The notes below the pieces were generated by a model that saw only the letters and a program-made list of their open reading frames with translations, was not told the origin of the DNA and did no database searches. From positions 23,184 through 87,183 of the forward strand of contig JBMFUG010000001.1 of NCBI GenBank assembly GCA_049966695.1: a DNA stretch of 64,000 nucleotides. Direction: 5' to 3'. This DNA comes from Acidimicrobiales bacterium. Lineage in GTDB: Bacteria; Actinomycetota; Acidimicrobiia; Acidimicrobiales; Palsa-688. Positions within the stretch are counted from its first letter, which is position 1; each line of letters begins with the position of its first letter. Shown piece after piece: positions 37,194 through 45,227 of this stretch. The translations under genes and the position numbers were made by a program.

Positions 37194-37683
37194 AGCACCC
37201 AGCTCGCGCACGGCTGCTCGGGTCACGGCTGCTCAGGTCACGGGCGCTCGGGAAAACGAGGTCGCGCGCACGGTCGCCCTCTACGTCGCCAGCGAGCTCA
37301 GGGCCGGCGAGCGTATCTTCAGCGAGCACAAGGCCGGTCAGCCCACGAGCGGCCGGTCCGCCGGGGCGGTGAGCGCACCCGGCCCCCAGGAACGGCTCGA
37401 GCTATTGGAACGCACTGTGGCGGCCCAAGCGGCCGCACTTCGCAGGACGCCCTTGGCCATGCCTCTACCGCGTGAAGTGCTCACCCTCCTAACGGCACCA
37501 CCCACCTCACTGGCTGGCGTACCGGCGAAAGACATGCCGCGCGTAGTAGCGCTCATGGACCAACTGCAGCTACTAGTTGAGGATCTCACCTTGCGCGAGC
37601 GCTCCCTGGCTGGGCGTATCGCGTGCGTGCGTGCTGCTCGCCGCGCAGGCCCGGCTCCTCACGTCGTCGATTGCTCAAGTTGA
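37186..37683 (+). CDS. Hypothetical protein in the fliT position
   Basis: GTG start overlaps the fliS stop by 8 nt. Ala/Arg-rich with no recognisable motif. The coding call rests on position only. Confidence 0.35.
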   Translation: MPRAPSSRTAARVTAAQVTGARENEVARTVALYVASELRAGERIFSEHKAGQPTSGRSAGAVSAPGPQERLELLERTVAAQAAALRRTPLAMPLPREVLTLLTAPPTSLAGVPAKDMPRVVALMDQLQLLVEDLTLRERSLAGRIACVRAARRAGPAPHVVDCSS

Positions 37684-37810
37684 GCTGGCGGCCCGACAAA
37701 GACGATCGGGCAAAGTCCAAAGACGACGGGCCAGCTGAAGCAACGCTGGTGGCGAGCTCCTATTGGTCCTGCTCGGCTCTGCGGCCCTGCCCGGCTGCCC
37801 CGGGACCTCT

Positions 37811-38326
37811 TTAGGACGCTAGCTTGCGCTTGATATCACGGATCTCGGCGTTGACCTGGTCAAAACGGGCATCGATCGAGATGAAGCCTCTCTGCATATC
37901 CGCGCGCAGCTCCGACACCTGCCCCTGCAGACTGGTCAAAGCGGCCCCCATGACATTGAAACCCTCTTCGACTAATGCAGCCAAGCGCTGCATGTGGTCA
38001 CGCAGCTCATCCAGGTCCTGGCGCTGCTGGGCCACTACGTCGACGAGGTTGCTGACCGTGCCAGCCAGGCTGCTGACCGTGCCAGTGAGGCTCCCCACGT
38101 TGGCGGCCAGGTCGCTGACCGTGCTGGTAAGGCTGGCCAGGTCCTGGCGCTGCTGGGCAAACGCGTCGATAAGGCCGTCAATTTTCGTTGCCATGCCGGC
38201 AACGACCTCGGGCAACTGGAGGAGCTCAGCGCTAAGCAGCTCTCGCCTCACTGTGTCCCGGAAGCCTGCGTCAGCTCTCAGGGCATCAAGAAAGTGCCTC
38301 TTGGCAGCTTCGTCCATCATCGTCAT
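37811..38326 (-). CDS. Coiled-coil protein with internal repeats, unknown function
   Basis: Start set at ATG 38326 (MTMMDEAAK, SD GGAG). Repeats: AQQRQDL x2, (D/S)ELRxxMQR x2, and heptad SLxGTVS. The only minus-strand gene inside the flagellar block. Confidence 0.5.
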   Translation of the reverse strand: MTMMDEAAKRHFLDALRADAGFRDTVRRELLSAELLQLPEVVAGMATKIDGLIDAFAQQRQDLASLTSTVSDLAANVGSLTGTVSSLAGTVSNLVDVVAQQRQDLDELRDHMQRLAALVEEGFNVMGAALTSLQGQVSELRADMQRGFISIDARFDQVNAEIRDIKRKLAS

Positions 38327-38581
38327 GGTACTTCTCCGGTTCAAAAGTAAACGTCGTAATAGGGAGGGCAGCCACAACGGGCCAGCGGAGCCGTAACGCC
38401 ACGATGATGCCAAAGCCCACTGACCGAAACCCACTTGCCAAGGCAACTATAGCCCGTGCCGCACCCCGGCGGGCGGTACGAGCCGGTGCAGCACCCCAGC
38501 GGGCGACGCACCCGACAACGCTCGTCGCTGGCTCGCCACACGAAAACTCGGACACTCGAACGCTCTGCGTGGCCTGGCTTT

Positions 38582-38609
38582 CTCAAGTAAGCCGCAGCCC
38601 TGCCGATCA
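38582..38609 (+). promoter_or_regulatory. Candidate sigma28-type promoter of the flgB operon
   Basis: CTCAAG-N14-GCCGATCA, then 5 nt, then ATG 38615 of a 41-codon upstream ORF. Confidence 0.5.
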
Positions 38610-38736
38610 CGCAGATGAGCAGGGAAGCAATTACCCGTACGCCACGGACTGGCAGGGCCCTAACTTCTTCGGAGGCAGTGGTGTACCTTCTGCTCGCAGC
38701 GCCGCACCGGGCGGCATTAGATCTAGCGGCACGGCC

Positions 38737-39099
38737 ATGAACGGCCCCCTTTCCGACCTGGCCACGAACGCCCTGTACGAGGCGATGCAGGGGCTATGGG
38801 CACAACAGCAGGCAGTGGCCAACAACGTGGCCAACGTCGACACGCCTGGCTACCAGGCAAAAGATGTGAGCTTTGAGTCGAGCTTGTCCCAGGCGATAGC
38901 GGCGGGTGACCCGTCTCAGATGCAAATTTCTGTCACTAATTCGACCGCTCCAGACCAACAGGACGCCAACAACGTAAACCTGGCAGACCAGATGGCGGAG
39001 GGTGAAAAAGCAAGCATGCAGTTCCAGACCATGGTGGACGCGATGAACGCCAAGTTCCAGTTGCTTAGCACAGCCATAAGCGAGTCAGCGAGCGGCTAG
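38737..39099 (+). CDS. flgB: Flagellar basal-body rod protein FlgB
   Basis: LWAQQQAVANNVANVDTPGYQAKD. Start set at ATG 38737, which has no SD upstream. The tracked ORF begins at 38404. Confidence 0.8.
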   Translation: MNGPLSDLATNALYEAMQGLWAQQQAVANNVANVDTPGYQAKDVSFESSLSQAIAAGDPSQMQISVTNSTAPDQQDANNVNLADQMAEGEKASMQFQTMVDAMNAKFQLLSTAISESASG

Positions 39100-39208
39100 C
39101 AGGACAGGACCGCCATAAGCGAGCCAGCGAGCGGCTGGCTGTACTAGACGGGCCAACCAGCAGCGAACAGCTAAGCAGACCGGACCGGCCAACAGGAAAG
39201 GACCAGAA

Positions 39209-39646
39209 ATGGGCTTATTTGACGCCATCGATACCGCACTGACCGGTGCGGACGCCTCACAAACGTGGCTCAATGCTGTCTCCGAAAATATCGCGAACAT
39301 GAACGACGTGACTTCCCCGGCACTGGGTGCCTACCAGACGCGCTACGTCGTCATGACCTCCGCCCCCGCGGAGCCGGGAGGCACCGGCCCCGGCACCGGT
39401 ATAGACGAGAGCATCGGTGGTGGGGTCGAAGTCGCGGGCATCGCCTTGGGAAGCCCAGCCGGCGTGCTCGAGTACGACCCCAGCAACCCGCTGGCCGACA
39501 AACAGGGCATGGTGAGGTCAGCGAACGTCGACCTTGGCGCGCAAATGACTGACTTGGTCATGGCCCAGAACAGCTACGAAGCCAACATCGCCACTATCAC
39601 GCGCGCCCAGCAGGCCTACCAAGCCGCTCTGGGGCTAAAGGTCTGA
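39209..39646 (+). CDS. flgC: Flagellar basal-body rod protein FlgC
   Basis: Motifs NAVSENIANMNDV and VDLGAQMTDLVMAQNSYEANIATI. Confidence 0.9.
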   Translation: MGLFDAIDTALTGADASQTWLNAVSENIANMNDVTSPALGAYQTRYVVMTSAPAEPGGTGPGTGIDESIGGGVEVAGIALGSPAGVLEYDPSNPLADKQGMVRSANVDLGAQMTDLVMAQNSYEANIATITRAQQAYQAALGLKV

Positions 39647-39656
39647 GGTTAAAGCA

Positions 39657-40034
39657 ATGAGCATGGTCTCACCCCTCGGAGCACTATCAGCGACGAGCGG
39701 CACCTGGCCGGGCGCTGGCACGAGCAACGCCTCGCCAGTTACCGGGACCGAGGCAACCCAGCCCACTGCGCCAACTGCGCCGAGCGGTGCCGGTGCGCTC
39801 GGGGCCAGCACGGACAACGGCTTCGCTGGCATTTTGGGCAACGCCATCGACAACGTGCAAACAGCCCAGACCAGTGCCGACGACGTGGCTACCCAGGCTG
39901 CGACTGGCAGCCTCACCAACGTCTCTGACTACATGGTGGCCGCAGAAGAGGCCAACCTCGACACCCAGCTCACCGTGGCGGTGAGGAACAACGCCCTGCA
40001 GGCCTTCCAGCAGATCATGGGGATGCAGCTTTGA
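39657..40034 (+). CDS. fliE: Flagellar hook-basal body protein FliE
   Basis: FAGILGNAIDNVQTAQ...VAAEEANLDTQLTVAVRNNALQAFQQIMGMQL. Confidence 0.8.
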   Translation: MSMVSPLGALSATSGTWPGAGTSNASPVTGTEATQPTAPTAPSGAGALGASTDNGFAGILGNAIDNVQTAQTSADDVATQAATGSLTNVSDYMVAAEEANLDTQLTVAVRNNALQAFQQIMGMQL

Positions 40035-41692
40035 CAGCTCCGATGGCTTCAAAGCCGCCCGGCGGGGCGCCCGACCGGGGCACCAATCTTTTGCTACGCC
40101 TGCGCCAGCGAGCGCAGGAGCTGATGGCGGGGTTTTCCAGCGGCCAAAAAACTGTCCTTGTTGTCGCGGTCCTCGCCGTCACCATAGGCGGTTACCTGTT
40201 CATGTCATGGGCAGGTAAGCCCACGTACGTGCCGTTGTTCTCAAACTTGAGCTCAACAGACGCCGCAGCTATAACTCAGAAGCTCGCTGCCAACAAGATC
40301 CCCTACCAGCTATCAGAAGACGGCCAGCAAATCCTCGTGCCGCAGGCCGATGTCTACCAGCAGCGCCTTGACATGGCGGCTGCCGGGCTACCTTCCACCG
40401 GAGACCAGGGTTACAGCCTCCTAGACAGTGCGGGGGTGACGACTTCTCAGTTCCAGCAACAAGTGGAGTACCAACAGGCGGTTTCGGACGAACTAGAAAA
40501 GACCATCGAGTCCATAAGCGGTGTCAGTTCTGCGATCGTCAACGTGGTCATCCCCCAGCAGACCCTTTTCGCCAACAGCACTGACCAGCCAAGCGCCTCG
40601 GTGCTTGTGACGCTCGCAGACGGCACGACGCTTACGCCCGAGCAGGTGCAAGCCATAGTGCACCTTGTAGCGTCGAGCATCGAAGGCCTTTCCCCCGACA
40701 ACGTGACGGTGGCGGACAGCAACGGCGACATACTCAACGCGCCCGGGACTAACTCTTCCAGCGTTGCGGCTGGGACGCTCGAACAGCAAGAAACCGAGGC
40801 CTACGAGCAGAACCTCGACAATTCCCTGCAGGACTGGCTGTCAAGCGTCCTCGGGCCAGGTAACGCCGTGGTGCACACCAGCGCCGAGCTCGACTTCGAC
40901 CAAAGCCAGACCACGAGCCAGATTTACAACCCTAACAAGCAGGGGCCTATACCGGTCCAACAAGCAACCTCAAGCGAAACCTACACGGGCCCTGCGGCAA
41001 GCCAGGCAGCCAGCGGCGTCTTGGGAGCCACCACGACAACTCTGCCGAGCACGAAAAAAAACACTGGGGGCACCGCCACGACCGGCACGACGGTGCCCAC
41101 TTACACCCAGCAGGGCAGCTCCCAACAAGATGTCGTAAGCGAGGTTACCAAGACCGTCAACTCAGCACCGGGAACGCTAGTGCGCCTTTCGGTTGCCGTC
41201 ATAGTCAACAGCTCAGTAAAGGGCGTCACCGCCAACCAGATCAAACAGCTCGTGTCCCAGGCGGCCGGCCTTCAACCCTCGCGAGGCGACACGATACAGG
41301 TCGGGTTCTTGCCGTTCAACCAGGCAACCGCCAAGGCTGAAGCGGCCCAGCTGAAAGCAGCAGCCGCTGCCCAAAGCCAAGCCCAGCTCCTCGGCGAAGC
41401 CAGAGATGTCCTGGTCGTGCTCGTCGTGCTTGGGCTTTTGTTCTTCGCTATGCGCAGGCTCACCAAGACTACTCGCGTCCCCCTTGCACTGCCGTCCGCT
41501 TACGCGCCCCTTGAGCTAGAAGCCGGTGACGACGAAGCCGAAGACGAGGAACGCACCCTAGCTTTGGCACCCGTGCCTCAGGTCGCGCCGCCCATCGAAG
41601 CAGAGGTCAGCCAGATCGGCCAAATGATAGAAAACGAGCCAGAACGCATCGCCGAGATGCTGCGCACCTGGCTAGAAGCAGGCGACAAATGA
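40031..41692 (+). CDS. fliF: Flagellar MS-ring protein FliF
   Basis: 553 aa with N- and C-terminal TM helices. Motifs IPYQLSEDGQQILVPQADVYQQRLDMAAAGLP and VLVTLADGTTLTPEQVQAIVHLVASSIEGLSPDNVTV. Confidence 0.85.
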   Translation: MTAPMASKPPGGAPDRGTNLLLRLRQRAQELMAGFSSGQKTVLVVAVLAVTIGGYLFMSWAGKPTYVPLFSNLSSTDAAAITQKLAANKIPYQLSEDGQQILVPQADVYQQRLDMAAAGLPSTGDQGYSLLDSAGVTTSQFQQQVEYQQAVSDELEKTIESISGVSSAIVNVVIPQQTLFANSTDQPSASVLVTLADGTTLTPEQVQAIVHLVASSIEGLSPDNVTVADSNGDILNAPGTNSSSVAAGTLEQQETEAYEQNLDNSLQDWLSSVLGPGNAVVHTSAELDFDQSQTTSQIYNPNKQGPIPVQQATSSETYTGPAASQAASGVLGATTTTLPSTKKNTGGTATTGTTVPTYTQQGSSQQDVVSEVTKTVNSAPGTLVRLSVAVIVNSSVKGVTANQIKQLVSQAAGLQPSRGDTIQVGFLPFNQATAKAEAAQLKAAAAAQSQAQLLGEARDVLVVLVVLGLLFFAMRRLTKTTRVPLALPSAYAPLELEAGDDEAEDEERTLALAPVPQVAPPIEAEVSQIGQMIENEPERIAEMLRTWLEAGDK

Positions 41693-41709
41693 CCGAGGCG
41701 AGGCAGTAA

Positions 41710-42729
41710 ATGGCCGCCACGCTTACTCAGATACCCGGTAACCGCAAGGCCGCCTTGCTCTTGGTCGCACTTGGCCAAGAGAGGGCCGCACGGATCTTGC
41801 GCTTCCTTTCCGAAGAGGAAGTAGAAAAGGTCATGACCGAGGTCGCCAACCTCGGCCCAGTGGAAGAGCCGCTCGTCAACCAGGTCATGAAAGAGTTCGT
41901 GGCCGAGGCTCGCCAGCACGTGCACCGAGCGCAAGGCGGGATCGAAGTAGCAAAGGAACTGCTGGCTCAGGCCCTTGGGAGCAGTGCCAAAGCCGAGGCC
42001 ATGCTGGCCCGCATAGGCGGTACGCCGGCTGGGTCCCACTTCCGGGCCCTTACCGCGCTCGACTCTGCCGTTGCCGCATCTCTCTTGGGGCGCGAGCACC
42101 CCCAGACGATCGCCCTGGTCATATCGAAACTGCCACCTGACCGAGGACTGGCAATGCTGCGGGAACTACCAGATGACGTGAAAGGAGATGTCGCTTACCG
42201 CATAGCCACCCTCAGCCCCCCGAGCCCAGAAGCCGTCAAGGCCGTAGAGGCCGGGCTGGAGCGCAGGATCATATCGGCCGCTGCTGGCCAGCGCTTAAAA
42301 GCCGACAGCGACCCGCTAAAAACGCTGGTCGAGATCCTCATCAGGGCCGACGGTGAAACTGAGCGCGAAATCCTCGAGAGCATGGACGAAGTCGACCCGC
42401 AGCTCGCCCAGGACATCCGCCAACGTCTCTTCACGATCGAGGATCTCGTAAAGCTTGAGGACAAGGCCCTGCAGCTGTTGTTGCGCCAGGTCGACACCAA
42501 AGAACTTGCCTTGGCGCTCAAGGGCACAAGCGAAGCTGTGCGACAGAAGGTGTACGCCAACCTCTCTGAACGCGCCCAGGAGAACCTGAAGGAGGAGATG
42601 GACCTCCTTGGGCCCCAACGCTTGAGGGACGTAGAAAAAGCCCGCAAAGAAGTCGTCCGCACGGTGCGCCAATTGGAACAAGAAGGCTCGATAGTCTTGT
42701 CGAGGGCGGTCGAAGATTATGTCGAGTGA
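41710..42729 (+). CDS. fliG: Flagellar motor switch protein FliG
   Basis: Motifs KAALLLVALGQERAARIL, HPQTIALVISKLPPDRGLAML and LSERAQENLKEEMDLLGP. Confidence 0.9.
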   Translation: MAATLTQIPGNRKAALLLVALGQERAARILRFLSEEEVEKVMTEVANLGPVEEPLVNQVMKEFVAEARQHVHRAQGGIEVAKELLAQALGSSAKAEAMLARIGGTPAGSHFRALTALDSAVAASLLGREHPQTIALVISKLPPDRGLAMLRELPDDVKGDVAYRIATLSPPSPEAVKAVEAGLERRIISAAAGQRLKADSDPLKTLVEILIRADGETEREILESMDEVDPQLAQDIRQRLFTIEDLVKLEDKALQLLLRQVDTKELALALKGTSEAVRQKVYANLSERAQENLKEEMDLLGPQRLRDVEKARKEVVRTVRQLEQEGSIVLSRAVEDYVE

Positions 42730-43492
42730 GCTGTTCGTCCCCGCATCGGCCGAGCCTACCGCCGTACTGCCAACCAGCCTCCAAGACGCCCTGCCCGAGC
42801 TGACGACGCTCCAAGAACGCTATGACCGGGGCTACGAAAAGGGCTACATGGCCGGCTATGCGGAAGGGGCTAGGCGAGCCGAGGCAGAGCGGGCCGCCGA
42901 CTTGGCCAACCACAAAGCGGCCTACGCAGCCATCCAAGCGAGGGCCACGACTTTTCTTGACCGCGCAGTCGCCGCAATTGCCAAGGAGCTCACCAGGCTC
43001 GAAAACGAGTCCGTCGTCGTCACCGATGAGCTTGTGGAAATGGCGTTCCAACTGGCGGAAGCCGTCCTGGGGGCAGAGCTCAAGTTGCGGCCCCAGCGCG
43101 CGCTTGAGGCGGCTGCTGACGCGCTGCGCCGCCTGCCTCTCGGGCCAGCTTTGGTCCGCGTCCACCCTGATGACGAAGCCCTGCTGCGAGCCAGCCCAAG
43201 CGCCCTGCCCAGCATTAGGGCCGGCGGGGAGGTGACCGTGCTGGCCGACCCTGAGGTCGAAAGGGGCAGCTGCATCGTCACGAGCGGGGCCACCACGCTG
43301 GACGCCAGGGTCAGCCAGGCAATGGCCCGCGCCCGGCAAGTGTTTTACAGGCTCGGCGACGGGGAGGCTGAGCCAGGCGAAGGACCAGTTCTTGGACAGG
43401 TCGGAGACGAGGGCCCAGCCAATGGGCGGCCGAGCAAGGAGGGGCCAGCCGCTCGGTGGGCAGGCCGTGAGGAGAAAGCGAGCGGCCAATGA
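42719..43492 (+). CDS. fliH: Flagellar export apparatus protein FliH
   Basis: Positioned between fliG and fliI. Has GYEKGYMAGYAEG plus a C-terminal FliH-like domain. Confidence 0.65.
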   Translation: MSSELFVPASAEPTAVLPTSLQDALPELTTLQERYDRGYEKGYMAGYAEGARRAEAERAADLANHKAAYAAIQARATTFLDRAVAAIAKELTRLENESVVVTDELVEMAFQLAEAVLGAELKLRPQRALEAAADALRRLPLGPALVRVHPDDEALLRASPSALPSIRAGGEVTVLADPEVERGSCIVTSGATTLDARVSQAMARARQVFYRLGDGEAEPGEGPVLGQVGDEGPANGRPSKEGPAARWAGREEKASGQ

Positions 43493-44799
43493 GCAGCGCT
43501 TCTGTGAAAGAGCGTTTCCAAGCAGCCCTGTCTGCTGCGCGCCCGCGCCCAGTCGGGCGGGTCCGTTCTGTCGTCGGTATGAGCATCACCGTCGAGGGCG
43601 TCGACGCAGCGATCGGAGACGCGGTGTCCCTTGCCACTCCGGCAGGCGACCTAGTGGCAGAGGTCGTTGCCATTGCTGACGAGGGCCTCGTGTGCCTGCC
43701 GCTGGGGGACCTGCAAGGCACCCGCTCGGGAGCGCCTGTAGAAGTCGCCTCCGAACGCCTTACAGTACCCGTCGGCCCACAACTGCGCGGCCGCGTGCTG
43801 AACGGCTTGGGACGGCCCATTGACGGTGGGCCAAGCCTGCGCGGCGTGCAAAGAGCACGCACCAGCGGTACCCCGCCGCACCCTCTGCGCCGGGCCATGG
43901 TGGAAGTCCAACTACCACTTGGCGTCCGCGCTATCGACGCTTTGCTGCCTTGTGGGCGCGGCCAGCGCTTGGGGATATTCGCGGGGTCGGGCGTCGGCAA
44001 GTCAAGCCTCTTGTCGATGATCGCCAGAGGGACCGAGGCAGACATCTCGGTGATAGCCCTAGTCGGCGAGCGAGGCCGCGAGGTTCGAGAAATGATCGAG
44101 CACGACCTCGGGCCGACGGGCCTGGCCCGTTCTGTGGTCGTGGTCGCCACTTCTGACGAGCCAGCCCTCGTGCGCCTGCAAGCTGCGCAAACGGCCACTC
44201 GTATCGCAGAGTGGTTCAGGGACGCCGGCCAGCACGTGGTCTTAATGATGGACAGCCTCACCCGTTATTGCATGGCCCAGCGCGAGGTGGGCCTGTCGGC
44301 CGGAGAGCCCCCTGCCACGCGCGGCTACCCGCCCTCGGTGTTCTCGTTGATGCCACGTTTGTTGGAACGAGCGGGAGCCGGCGAGCGCGGCAGCATAACG
44401 GGGCTGTACACGGTCCTGGTGGAAGGTGACGACATGAACGAACCGATCGCCGACGCAGCCAGGGCGGTCCTCGACGGCCATATCGTGCTGTCGCGCAGGC
44501 TGGCCACTTCCGGCCATTTCCCGAGCATCGACGTGCTCGAGTCGGTCTCCCGGGTCGCCCCCCGGGTCACGACGGCTGAGCACTACGCTCAGGCGACCGA
44601 GCTGCGCCGGCTTATGGCCGCCTACCGCGACGCTAAAGACCTCGTGGAAATTGGTGCTTACGTAAAAGGCACCAACGCTGACGTCGACCGGGCGGTCCAG
44701 CTCAACCCGGCCATTAACCATTTCCTCCGCCAAAGCCCAGAAACTGTGGCGCCGCTTTCCCAGAGCTTGGCTGGCCTAGCAACCTTGGTGACCTCATGA
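43489..44799 (+). CDS. fliI: Flagellum-specific ATPase FliI
   Basis: Walker A GSGVGKSSLL, Walker B VVLMMDSLTR, 436 aa. Confidence 0.92.
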   Translation: MSSASVKERFQAALSAARPRPVGRVRSVVGMSITVEGVDAAIGDAVSLATPAGDLVAEVVAIADEGLVCLPLGDLQGTRSGAPVEVASERLTVPVGPQLRGRVLNGLGRPIDGGPSLRGVQRARTSGTPPHPLRRAMVEVQLPLGVRAIDALLPCGRGQRLGIFAGSGVGKSSLLSMIARGTEADISVIALVGERGREVREMIEHDLGPTGLARSVVVVATSDEPALVRLQAAQTATRIAEWFRDAGQHVVLMMDSLTRYCMAQREVGLSAGEPPATRGYPPSVFSLMPRLLERAGAGERGSITGLYTVLVEGDDMNEPIADAARAVLDGHIVLSRRLATSGHFPSIDVLESVSRVAPRVTTAEHYAQATELRRLMAAYRDAKDLVEIGAYVKGTNADVDRAVQLNPAINHFLRQSPETVAPLSQSLAGLATLVTS

Positions 44800-45227
44800 A
44801 GCGCTACAGGTTCCAGCTGGAGGCGGTGCTCCGGGCCAGGCGTGTGCAAGAAGGCGTCGCTCGGGCAGCTTTGGTAGCGGCAAATTCGGCTGCCCGGGCA
44901 GCTGAGCTCGCCACCAAGGAAGCGCTGGCCCACTACCAGCAGGTGGCACAAAAACCTGGGGAAGACTTTATGTCCGACCGAGAGCGGGCCACGCTGGCAG
45001 CCAAGTCCTTTTTCCAAGCAAACGAGTCGTACCGACGGGCCAAGGCGGCCGCCGAGGCAGCCGTGGCGCAGTACCTGGAAGCCCGCCGCCACGTGGCGAT
45101 GCTGGACCGCCTAGACGAACGCCAGCGCGCAGAGCACGCTTTGGCTGTCCAGCACGAGGAGGCCGTGCTGGCGGACGAGCTGGCTACCAACCGCAACCGG
45201 AGGAAAAGGGCGGCGGGGCGCTCATGA
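44796..45227 (+). CDS. fliJ: Flagellar export protein FliJ
   Basis: MKRYRFQLEAVLRARRVQE coiled coil. Positioned after fliI with an ATGA overlap. Confidence 0.6.
   Translation: MKRYRFQLEAVLRARRVQEGVARAALVAANSAARAAELATKEALAHYQQVAQKPGEDFMSDRERATLAAKSFFQANESYRRAKAAAEAAVAQYLEARRHVAMLDRLDERQRAEHALAVQHEEAVLADELATNRNRRKRAAGRS

Noticed and set aside
38404-38736. N-terminal extensions of tracked ORFs for flgB (38404), csrA (to 20960), flbD (50505), motB (51546), fliP (55581), fliQ (56366), fliK (46300), the coiled-coil gene (to 38446), the relaxase (14923) and the VirB6-like gene (to 14675).
   Set aside because: The conserved N-terminal motifs begin at internal starts that have SD sequences or stop/start overlaps. 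The upstream parts overlap neighbouring genes or promoters and have non-protein-like composition.
42518-44261. Long antisense or out-of-frame ORFs in the track. Examples: 42518-43489(-), 43311-44261(-), 54378-55283(-), 61153-62280(-), 223-828(-), 13618-14682(-) and 50698-51579(-).
   Set aside because: They overlap genes with clear conserved motifs on the other strand or frame. They are Arg/Pro/Ser/Gly-rich and lack recognisable domains. This is the typical stop-codon depletion artefact of high-GC DNA.
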